Assembly: GCA_015232315.1 (NCBI GenBank)
Contig: JADFZZ010000004.1
Location: 83,414-115,413 of the forward strand
From: SAR324 cluster bacterium
Lineage (GTDB): Bacteria > SAR324 > NAC60-12
Direction: 5' to 3'
DNA: 32,000 nucleotides
The notes below the pieces were generated by a model. It was not told the DNA's origin. It searched no databases and saw only the letters and a list, made by a program, of their open reading frames with translations. Shown here in pieces: positions 1 through 8,103 of this stretch; the first letter of the stretch is position 1, and each line of letters begins with the position of its first letter. The translations under genes and the position numbers were made by a program.

Positions 1-79
1 GATGGAAAAATAGATGAGTTTATCAAAGAAGCCCTTGTTCAGAAAATTTGTGATTAACCTAAAGTGATGAGAAAAATTT

Positions 80-571
80 ATGTCAAGCTGTTCATTTGAT
101 ATTGTTTGTGAAGTCAACCTTCAGGAACTCGACAATGGGGTCAATCAGGCTAAACGGGAAATTGAAACCCGTTATGATTTTAAAGGCAGTCATTGTGAGA
201 TCGAACTTGATAAGGAAAAATCATCGGTGTTGCTGACAGCGGATGATGACATGAAGATGAAAATGGTGATTGATATTTTATTGACCAAACTCATCAAACG
301 ATCTGTTCCTGTTAAATCCATTGTTTATGGAAAGACTGAGCCTACTGGACGTTTATTGAAAAAAACATTGACCGTTCAGCAGGGACTATCCAAAGAACAG
401 TGTAAAAAAATCACAACGTGTATCAAGGATTCCAAACTCAAAGTGCAGGCACAGGTAATGGGCGAACAAGTTCGGGTTACCGGGAAAAGTAAGGATGATC
501 TTCAGCAAATCATGGGATTGTTGAAAGGAATGGAACTGGATTTTGATCTTCAGTTTACAAATTACAGATAA
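80..571 (+). CDS. yajQ: YajQ-family (UPF0234) nucleotide-binding protein
   Basis: 163-aa ORF with an ATG start. Length and end-to-end pattern fit the YajQ family: N-terminal SFDIV, RYDFKG, and a C-terminal LQFxNxR-type end. Confidence 0.85.
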   Translation: MSSCSFDIVCEVNLQELDNGVNQAKREIETRYDFKGSHCEIELDKEKSSVLLTADDDMKMKMVIDILLTKLIKRSVPVKSIVYGKTEPTGRLLKKTLTVQQGLSKEQCKKITTCIKDSKLKVQAQVMGEQVRVTGKSKDDLQQIMGLLKGMELDFDLQFTNYR

Positions 572-573
572 TT

Positions 574-2379
574 TCAGTTCATTGGCGTCTGAGTGATCTG
601 TTTCACCGCATGGATCAGATCACTTTCCTGTGTGGCTGAGAGCATTAAAAATTCCAATCCGATGGTCCATTTATTGATGTAATCTTTTTTAACGCTGTTT
701 TTCTGCCATATGACTTTGCAAATAATTTGTATGGGATCCAGTTCAATAGCATGACCATCTTTTTCTGGCAAAAATACAATTTCAGCAATTGTGGTTTCCC
801 CCACTGTTAACGGTTCTTCCAACTCCATACGCATTCCAAACCTCGAAATATCCAGAGCGATCCCGGAAATCATGTTTTGCTTCATAAACAAGCGGGCCGG
901 CGTATAGACATCAAACCTTGGCGTGCGTCGTCGTCGTTGTTGGTTGAGATAGTAACTGGTTTCTTCCACAACACCATCCCAGAAATAATCCTCAGGCGGA
1001 TAACGCAAAAAATACCGGCAGCGTTGCAAATATTCACGCGTTATCACATCATCCGGATAAATCGCTTCACATTTTTCAAATAACTTTATGGCGTCTTCAA
1101 AGTGCTGACTTTTGTAGCGAATGATCCCTTCAAATAAAAATGCTTTGGTCTGCTGCTTTTTATCATAAATTTCAGGAGGATCATGATCAAAAACCTCAAA
1201 AATTGTAACAGGTACTCCTTTTCCCCGTATTTTAACCGTATCAATTTCACGAATGGCATAATCATCATCATTGATTTCCGCATGACTGTATCCCGTGATC
1301 AGAATACCGGCTTTGTATTGTTTGGTCAGTTGTTCCAGACGGGCAGAGATATTCACATGATCGCCCACCACGGTTGAATCCATCCTGTTTATGGTACCCA
1401 ATGCGCCGACGACGACAGCACCTGTATTGATTCCCACTCCAAAATGTATAGGTGGAAATTCTTTGGAACGATGTGCATTGTGATGTTGAATGGCTCTGTG
1501 CATTTCTATAGCAGACTGAATAGCTCTGTTGACCGAATTTTCTCTATCAAACAGTGCCATGATCCCATCGCCTATAAACTTGTCAATGAAGCCCCCATGA
1601 TCAGTGATCAACGGTTCCATCATGGTGAGGTATTCATTGAGAAATTCGAAGTTTTTTCGAGGAGTCATTTGTTCTGATATGCGGGTATAGGAGCGAATAT
1701 CAGAAAATAAAATGGTCAAAACTTCTTGATGACAATAACCCGGTGTCAAAAAATCAACGCCTTCCGCATAGATACGCTGGAGAAATTGTTTGGGAACAAA
1801 CACCTGAAACATTTTTGTGGTTTTTTCCTGTTCTAGTCGTGAGGCGATCAATTCACTGTTGGTTTCTTCAAGTTTCTGTTTGGCTGTTTTTAATTCTTCA
1901 GCCGTCCTGATGGCATTATCCGCAATCATGTATTGGATAGAAAGAGCCTCATTCAGTTCCGCTGTTTTAAGAGCGAGATCTCTTCTTTGTTCATATAAAC
2001 TGACAAAAATACGGACTTTGCTTTCCAGAATATAAGGATCAAAGGGTTTAGACAGAAAATCAACGGCGCCATGTTCATAACCTTTGAAGATATAATGATC
2101 TTCACGGAAAATGGCGGTGATGAAAATGATGGGAACATTGCGGGACAGGTCATGCTCCCTGATTCTTGCCGCAATCTCAAAACCATCAAGATCCGGCATT
2201 TGGATATCCAGTAAAACCAATGCCAGATCTTGCTCATGCGCAATCTCTATCGCACGTTTTCCTGAGGATGCGGTATAAATTTGAATGTTGAGAGACTTCA
2301 GGATGGCTTGTGTCAGAAACAGGTTTTCCTCACGATCATCTACAATCAGGATTTGAGGTGCAGGATAATTTTTAGCCAT
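574..2379 (-). CDS. Response-regulator receiver / class III adenylate cyclase / TPR-like / PilZ multidomain protein
   Basis: 601 aa. REC spans aa 9-125 (DD at 13-14, phospho-acceptor D58 in LLDIQMPDLDG, K111 in LSKPF). A coiled-coil linker follows. The cyclase domain spans aa 218-397 (metal Asp D227 in FSDIRSYT and D271 in FIGDGIMALF, K267, T336, N343 and R347 in VGDHVNISARLE). The C-terminal PilZ has RRxxxR (R483-R488) and DxSxxG (D510-G515). Confidence 0.85.
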   Translation of the reverse strand: MAKNYPAPQILIVDDREENLFLTQAILKSLNIQIYTASSGKRAIEIAHEQDLALVLLDIQMPDLDGFEIAARIREHDLSRNVPIIFITAIFREDHYIFKGYEHGAVDFLSKPFDPYILESKVRIFVSLYEQRRDLALKTAELNEALSIQYMIADNAIRTAEELKTAKQKLEETNSELIASRLEQEKTTKMFQVFVPKQFLQRIYAEGVDFLTPGYCHQEVLTILFSDIRSYTRISEQMTPRKNFEFLNEYLTMMEPLITDHGGFIDKFIGDGIMALFDRENSVNRAIQSAIEMHRAIQHHNAHRSKEFPPIHFGVGINTGAVVVGALGTINRMDSTVVGDHVNISARLEQLTKQYKAGILITGYSHAEINDDDYAIREIDTVKIRGKGVPVTIFEVFDHDPPEIYDKKQQTKAFLFEGIIRYKSQHFEDAIKLFEKCEAIYPDDVITREYLQRCRYFLRYPPEDYFWDGVVEETSYYLNQQRRRRTPRFDVYTPARLFMKQNMISGIALDISRFGMRMELEEPLTVGETTIAEIVFLPEKDGHAIELDPIQIICKVIWQKNSVKKDYINKWTIGLEFLMLSATQESDLIHAVKQITQTPMN

Positions 2380-2606
2380 TGTGAATCTACAATAAAGTTC
2401 AAATTTTTAAACTATTCAATGATTTTTCCATAACAAACGAGATCGGAGATGTCGAATTAATTGTTGCGATCACAATGAGAATTGAGGCCAACATTCCGAA
2501 TAACAGCACAAAGTGAACGCCTATGAAAATAGTTGGATCTGGTTGATGATTTGCATTAAAGTCATGATGTACTTGCCAATTCAAAAATAGTGCGAAATCA
2601 TTCAGA

Positions 2607-3065
2607 TTGATTCCCCAAACAGGTTATATGGCTATGATTCAAGATTCCATGCTGGCCCTGATTATCAGGTTTGTGGCAGGAAATAAAAAAATAAATTTTT
2701 GTGACAATGAGTTCATTCAACAACAATTGGATGAAATCCAGGCCTTTATTGAGCAGTTTCCTGAAGCAGAGCAGGAATATCAGGCAATGGTCTGGATCCA
2801 GACTTATGCCAGAAAATACCGTGAGACCTGGGAAAAAGAAATCATTACTCAGGAAATGGCTCATCAACGCTGTGCGGACTGCCCCTTGAGGAGCGGTGCA
2901 AGTTATTGCGAAATTCACAAACAATGGCTGAATCTTCTGGAACAATACATCCATCAGGATATTGGCTCACAGCAATATGTGGAATCGTCTCTTCAGTTGC
3001 TGGAAGATCATAAAAACTCTCTAAAAATCAAGGGGCGACCACAGGTTGTGTCAATAGGATGCTGA
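2607..3065 (+). CDS. Hypothetical protein with a CxxC-x8-CxxH motif (start uncertain: TTG 2607 or ATG 2628)
   Basis: 152-aa ORF with protein-like E/Q/K-rich composition, whereas the antisense ORF 2598-2954 looks like antisense junk. Contains CADCPLRSGASYCEIH. No family recognised and no clear SD. Confidence 0.45.
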   Translation: MIPQTGYMAMIQDSMLALIIRFVAGNKKINFCDNEFIQQQLDEIQAFIEQFPEAEQEYQAMVWIQTYARKYRETWEKEIITQEMAHQRCADCPLRSGASYCEIHKQWLNLLEQYIHQDIGSQQYVESSLQLLEDHKNSLKIKGRPQVVSIGC

Positions 3066-4046
3066 CAGCAGTTGCGGATTTTCCATGAGTGTTTTCATCA
3101 CACGTTCTACAGGCAGATTTTCTGTGCTGAAATCAAGCACAGGATAACGATGAAGAATTTCAGCACTGATTTCTCTCAATTGCTTCATCGGCAGACGGAT
3201 ATGGACATGGGTTCTTTCCTCATTCCATCTGGTATCCAGAGATGTCCAGAACATATCATCCCTGGATATTGGCGCCGCAAATAAAAAAGAAACATCTTTT
3301 TCTTCACCCAACAACTTCTCAAACTCCTGTATGGGACCATCAAAACGTTTCCCACCCTGAAAAATGAGCACCAGCCTTGAGCAAAGCGCCGTGACATCAG
3401 CCATATAGTGCGATGTCAGAATGATCGTGCTTCCGGTTTCCTGATGATAGGATTTAATAAATTCCCTGATTTTTTGTTGTGCGATCAGATCCAATCCAAT
3501 AGTTGGTTCATCCAGAAAAATAATCTCTGGTTGATGGAGTAGTGACGCCATCAATTCAACTTTCATCCGTTCACCCAGGGATAATTTTCGAACATGGACA
3601 TGAAGGATATGTTCAACCTGTAACAGGGAGGAAAGCAACGCAACCCTTTGTTTGAAGGTATTCCGCTCTATTTCATAGTATCGTCCCAGCAGTTCAAACG
3701 AATCCATAGCTGGTAAATCCCACCACAGTTGCGATTTTTGTCCCATAACCAGCGCGATTTTTTTTCGAAACAGGCGCTCTCGTTTTTCAGGGACATGGCC
3801 CATCACAGAGAGAGAGCCCCCTGAGGGGACAATGATCCCGGTAAACATCTTCATTAAGGTTGTTTTTCCTGCGCCATTGGGACCAAGTAAACCAATGATT
3901 TCGCCATGCTTCACACTCAGATCAAAGGGTTTGACTGCCTCATTCATTTCATGGTTGCGATAAACAAGAGATTTCAGTGCTCCTTTCAATCCGGGAGACT
4001 TTCGATAGATGCGAAATGCTTTATAAAGTCCTTGTGCTTCAATCAT
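3051..4046 (-). CDS. ABC transporter ATP-binding protein (COG4586-like, ABC-2 type)
   Basis: Walker A GPNGAGKTT, signature LSLGERMK, Walker B IIFLDEPTIGLD, and the family-typical GQKSQLWWDLP and N-terminal PGLKGALKSL. ATG at 4046 is preferred; the ORF stays open up to TTG at 4073. Confidence 0.85.
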   Translation of the reverse strand: MIEAQGLYKAFRIYRKSPGLKGALKSLVYRNHEMNEAVKPFDLSVKHGEIIGLLGPNGAGKTTLMKMFTGIIVPSGGSLSVMGHVPEKRERLFRKKIALVMGQKSQLWWDLPAMDSFELLGRYYEIERNTFKQRVALLSSLLQVEHILHVHVRKLSLGERMKVELMASLLHQPEIIFLDEPTIGLDLIAQQKIREFIKSYHQETGSTIILTSHYMADVTALCSRLVLIFQGGKRFDGPIQEFEKLLGEEKDVSFLFAAPISRDDMFWTSLDTRWNEERTHVHIRLPMKQLREISAEILHRYPVLDFSTENLPVERVMKTLMENPQLLSASY

Positions 4047-4132
4047 TGCCGTTCTCTGGAATAATGCTTGCAAACCGTAAAAACAGTTAAATTTATGAAA
4101 GATGTTATGAAATCAATCTCAAGGCGGGGTTA

Positions 4133-4591
4133 ATGTTTCCTTCCCGAATAAGATTTAAAATATTTATTCTGGTATGTGTTATGGGGTTATTCAGTTGCGC
4201 AGGTAAACGTCCGGAAAATCTTGGAGTCAAAGATCAACACTTGGCTCCTTGTCCCAACAAACCCAATTGTGTTTCCAGTCAAAGTCAGGATGACTCGCAT
4301 TTCATCAAGCCGTTGACATATCTTGGCACTGTTGAGGAATCCAGGCAATGGTTGAAAGAAATTATTACATCCAAGCCCAATACAACGCTGATCAAGGAAG
4401 AATCAGATTATTTCTGGTTTGAGTTTAAATCGGCCTTGATGGGATTTGTGGATGATGTGGAATTTTATTTTCCGCAATCGGAACAGATCATTCATGTACG
4501 TTCAGCTTCTCGTCTGGGATATTCGGATATGGGTGCCAATCGTAAAAGGATTGAACTCCTTCGTCAGACCTTCTCGCCGTCAGCTCAATAA
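4133..4591 (+). CDS. DUF1499-family lipoprotein
   Basis: 152 aa. Signal peptide with lipobox LFSC, then the DUF1499-typical LAPCPNKPNCVSSQ motif. A purine-rich AGGCGGGG lies upstream of the ATG. Confidence 0.75.
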   Translation: MFPSRIRFKIFILVCVMGLFSCAGKRPENLGVKDQHLAPCPNKPNCVSSQSQDDSHFIKPLTYLGTVEESRQWLKEIITSKPNTTLIKEESDYFWFEFKSALMGFVDDVEFYFPQSEQIIHVRSASRLGYSDMGANRKRIELLRQTFSPSAQ

Positions 4592-6939
4592 AGATTTCCA
4601 CAAAGCCATACTCCGTATCGGGTACATTCTTGCTGATCCGTCGCGGGGTACAGCATCAATTGATGAGCCGATGAGGCTTCTTTGGATCGTTCGTCAGCCT
4701 GGACTCTGGCTGCATAGAGTGCACCCATGTGTAGTTTGACAATATTTTCAATGTACCCCTGCCTGAAACTCAGTGAAATAGACCCATCCATTCGTTCCTT
4801 TTCCTCTTTATCCAATAGTTGATGGATCCTATTCAAGGACTCTATCCGTCTATTCTCATTTGTCTGAAACGAAAGGCGTGCTTTCTGGAGTTCTCCTGAA
4901 GTCTGAATTTTTTTGCCTGTTCTGGTCCTGGCAAGGTCAGGATTATCCTGAAGCACAGAATATTTTCGCATGGCAACAGTGTATTCTTTATTGCGGTTTG
5001 CCTGACGTGCTTCTTCCATCAAAACAAGGGCCGTTTCTTCAGGGGGGGTTAATTGTGATTCAGTGTTCAGACGAACGCGTTCAAGATCCGACAAATTCTG
5101 ATCAATCGTGTCATATTCATCCGCATAGGGAAACGCTCTTTGAAACTCTACCATCATTGAATATCCACCTCTCATGGCTCTTGCCATAGCAATCTGGTGA
5201 ATCTGTTTTACCGCATCAAGTGCCTCAGGAACATTGGGATATTTTTGCAAAAAATTCAGATATCCCGCAATGATGTTTGCGTTCCTTACTTTCGCATAGA
5301 TATCACTGATCGCTTTGCGGGCATGTGAACTGGCAGGATAAAGGGCCACAAATTTCTCAAATTTTTCAACATCCTTTTCTTTTTCATACAAACTGAGCAG
5401 AAGCCCTGTTGCCAGCGCGGCTTGCGGAGTATACGGGAATTTTTTAATGAAAGTTTCGTATCCTTCTTCTGTGTTTCCGGAGTGGTAAACTTCGAATTGT
5501 CTGTCGATGGCCTGGCTCACATGACGTGATTGGGGATGCCGTTGAATAAACTGATCATAGCCCTCAACGGTGTTCTGAACCTGATACAGTTTTAATATCG
5601 ATTCAATCGCACCACCTGTATGGGATGACAATGGATAGCGTTCAATAAATTCAAGGTATCCATCAATCGAAGGTGTTTCCTCATATTTTTGAAACAGACG
5701 ATCCCTTGCGGTTTCCGCTGTGGATGTCCCGTCAAACAGATCAATAAAATTCTGGTAGGATTCAATCGAATTTTTGAGAGTCGCCTGTTCCAGTTGCTGA
5801 TCAAGAATCATTTGTTGATCCACACCAAGTGATTGAGGACTTTCTTTAATTTGTAAGGCCAGGAGAGGTGCCATTTTTTCCAGGGCCTGTAAAGCAAGCG
5901 GCGAGTTTGGATACTGTTGACGGAATAGTTGATAGCCTTTCAGGGTGTTGGTTTGTATTGCCTCCCTCCAGGTTAAGGATTCCTGGAGTAAAATAGCATC
6001 ATTTATAAAACGACCATAAGGAAACTGAGCCAGATAGGTTTTGACGGCTTGAAGCGTATCAACTCTCAGACTTTCCGCGTATAAAGCTGATTCAAGGTTC
6101 AACCGCATCAAGGCAACATATTTGCCTTCAGGAAAATATTTGAGATAATCCAGCGCATTCCGCATTAATTCATTGCTTTGACTTTCTGACAGGTTGGATG
6201 GTTTTTGAAATGATAAGGATCTGTCAGGAATCCACCCGGACTGATTGTTTGGTAAGGCAAGACGGGTCCATTCCTGCTGGTGAGCAAGAATATCAAATTC
6301 ACCTGCGGCATTGATCGTAGAACCTGTCGGTGAATCATAACCTGGAGATTCATGAACTGTCAGTGGAACGATTTGAATAATTGCAATGTGTTTCATGGCG
6401 ACAGGACCAGGATAAAATAATTCTTCCATTTCCCGCATGGCCTCATTCAAAAATTTCCCTTGAGGAAATTCTTTCAAATACAGGAGATACGGACTCGGTT
6501 TTTTCTGTTCCCTGGCAAACTGAATCAGGATGGTTTCCTTGATTTCATTGACTTCCGCAACATATTTTCCCCGGGGATATTGTTCCAGATATTGATCACA
6601 CACTTCGCGTGTGTGCAGGGTCTGTACCTGTTCAAACAGCCATTGTTCAATCAGGTTCTGAACGTCCTGAACATAGTGTCCCTGAGGAAATTGTTTGAGA
6701 TAACGCTGGTAGGCATCCTTGGTATGCTGGTGTTTGGCTTGTTCAAACCAGGCTTTATCCAGCAGTTGTGAGGCTTCAGAAGAAAATTCGGAATCGGGAT
6801 AGTTTCTGATAAAATCTTCATAAGAAGTTATTGTATTTTGTTGTTTGGCTTTTTCAAAGGCTCCAGACGCTCCGCATCCCACCAGAATGGTAAATGTGAT
6901 GAATATAAGAATGGAGGCCTTTGACACAGAATCTGCCAT
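4585..6939 (-). CDS. Large lipoprotein with about 14 BamD/YbgF-like (TPR-like) repeats and an internal SH3b-like domain
   Basis: ATG at 6939 gives MADSVSKASILIFITFTILVGC (lipobox LVGC); the ORF is open to TTG 6966. It carries recurrent Y-x2-[FY]-[LI]-x2-[FY]-P-x-[GS]-x-[YFH] repeats. A segment HIAII...GWIPDRSLSF resembles bacterial SH3. Confidence 0.8.
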   Translation of the reverse strand: MADSVSKASILIFITFTILVGCGASGAFEKAKQQNTITSYEDFIRNYPDSEFSSEASQLLDKAWFEQAKHQHTKDAYQRYLKQFPQGHYVQDVQNLIEQWLFEQVQTLHTREVCDQYLEQYPRGKYVAEVNEIKETILIQFAREQKKPSPYLLYLKEFPQGKFLNEAMREMEELFYPGPVAMKHIAIIQIVPLTVHESPGYDSPTGSTINAAGEFDILAHQQEWTRLALPNNQSGWIPDRSLSFQKPSNLSESQSNELMRNALDYLKYFPEGKYVALMRLNLESALYAESLRVDTLQAVKTYLAQFPYGRFINDAILLQESLTWREAIQTNTLKGYQLFRQQYPNSPLALQALEKMAPLLALQIKESPQSLGVDQQMILDQQLEQATLKNSIESYQNFIDLFDGTSTAETARDRLFQKYEETPSIDGYLEFIERYPLSSHTGGAIESILKLYQVQNTVEGYDQFIQRHPQSRHVSQAIDRQFEVYHSGNTEEGYETFIKKFPYTPQAALATGLLLSLYEKEKDVEKFEKFVALYPASSHARKAISDIYAKVRNANIIAGYLNFLQKYPNVPEALDAVKQIHQIAMARAMRGGYSMMVEFQRAFPYADEYDTIDQNLSDLERVRLNTESQLTPPEETALVLMEEARQANRNKEYTVAMRKYSVLQDNPDLARTRTGKKIQTSGELQKARLSFQTNENRRIESLNRIHQLLDKEEKERMDGSISLSFRQGYIENIVKLHMGALYAARVQADERSKEASSAHQLMLYPATDQQECTRYGVWLCGNLY

Positions 6940-7057
6940 TTTAAAACCGTTACACACCAGGAACAATTAAATAATTAATATGAACTTTTGAAAGGTGCCC
7001 TGAATTTTAATGAAAGTGTTTGATGAAAATTTGCCTAAAAATGGATGTCCTGAAACA

Positions 7058-8065
7058 TTATGATTGAGTAAAATCAATCAACTGTTCCAGCTTTTTCATC
7101 GCCATGCCATTTTCCACGAGTTCTTTTGCCTGGGCGATACCCTCTTTCAATGTTGCGGTTTTTTCAGCAACATACAATGCCGCCGCGGCATTTAATATTG
7201 CGACATCTTTGGCAGTACCCAGATATTTTCCTGAAAGGATCTGGCGAATCATTTGAGCGCTTTCGTCGGCACTGTTGACACTCAATTCTTTCAGCGATCC
7301 TTTTTTCATTCCAAGATCTTCCGGAGTCAAACTATAGGTTTTGACCAGTCCATTTCTGAGTTCTGCGACATAGGTTTTGCTGGTTGTTGTTAATTCGCAT
7401 AGTCCATCCTCTCCTGTCACCACCATCGCGTTTCGGCTTCCAAGTCGCTGAAGTGCCTGGGCTAGCTTGTGAGTCCACTCCACAGAGGGAACCCCCAAAA
7501 CCTGGTCCATGGCTCCTGCTGGATTGGTAAGAGGTCCCAGAATGTTGAAAATGGTAGGTATTCCCAGTTCTTTTCGGATAGGTCCCGCAAATTTCATGGC
7601 CGGGTGATGTTTTATCGCATAACAGAAACAAATATTGGTTTGGGCAAGGCACTGTTCCACTTTTGGCAAATCAATATTGATATTCACCCCCAGTGCTTCC
7701 AGCGCTTCAGCACTGCCACTTTTGCGGGTATTGCTCCGGTTTCCGTGTTTTGCGACAACCGCACCGCCAGCCGCGGCAATAATCGCGGCGCAGGTGGATA
7801 TGTTGAACGTGCTGATTCCGTTTCCACCAGTACTACAGGTATCTACGGCATTAGCGGGGGCCTGAATGTGTGCGGACTTTTGACGCATCGCTGTTGCCGC
7901 TCCGGCAATTTCTTCTACATTTGCGCCTTTAGCTTGCAGGAGCGCTAAAAAGGCCCCCGCCTTGATTGGTGTTGCGTCTTCACTCATGATCCACTGGATC
8001 GCTTGATGCGATTCATCAAATGTTAAATCCTGCAATTTCAATAATTTTTGCAACAATTCATTCAT
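7058..8065 (-). CDS. trpD: Anthranilate phosphoribosyltransferase-like protein (glycosyltransferase family 3)
   Basis: Contains TGGNGISTFNIST, VAKHGNRSNTRKSGSAEALEALG and FNILGPLTNPA. ATG 8065 is preceded by GAAAGGA; the ORF is open to GTG 8104. About 335 aa, which fits TrpD. Confidence 0.75.
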   Translation of the reverse strand: MNELLQKLLKLQDLTFDESHQAIQWIMSEDATPIKAGAFLALLQAKGANVEEIAGAATAMRQKSAHIQAPANAVDTCSTGGNGISTFNISTCAAIIAAAGGAVVAKHGNRSNTRKSGSAEALEALGVNINIDLPKVEQCLAQTNICFCYAIKHHPAMKFAGPIRKELGIPTIFNILGPLTNPAGAMDQVLGVPSVEWTHKLAQALQRLGSRNAMVVTGEDGLCELTTTSKTYVAELRNGLVKTYSLTPEDLGMKKGSLKELSVNSADESAQMIRQILSGKYLGTAKDVAILNAAAALYVAEKTATLKEGIAQAKELVENGMAMKKLEQLIDFTQS

Positions 8066-8103
8066 TATTTCAGTCCTTTCTCTCTCAGGGTGTGGCTGAC
8101 TCA

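Noticed and set aside
1-57. Open frame-1 reading (DGKIDEFIKEALVQKICD*) that could be the 3' end of an upstream plus-strand gene.
   Set aside because: Only 18 codons are visible, which is too short to distinguish from chance or to assign any function.
2399-2584. 61-aa ORF with one hydrophobic helix, 19 nt upstream of the REC-cyclase-PilZ gene on the same strand.
   Set aside because: It has only a TTG start, no SD, and sits in an AT-rich divergent promoter region where such ORFs arise by chance. It could be a real small membrane protein, but I cannot support it from sequence alone.
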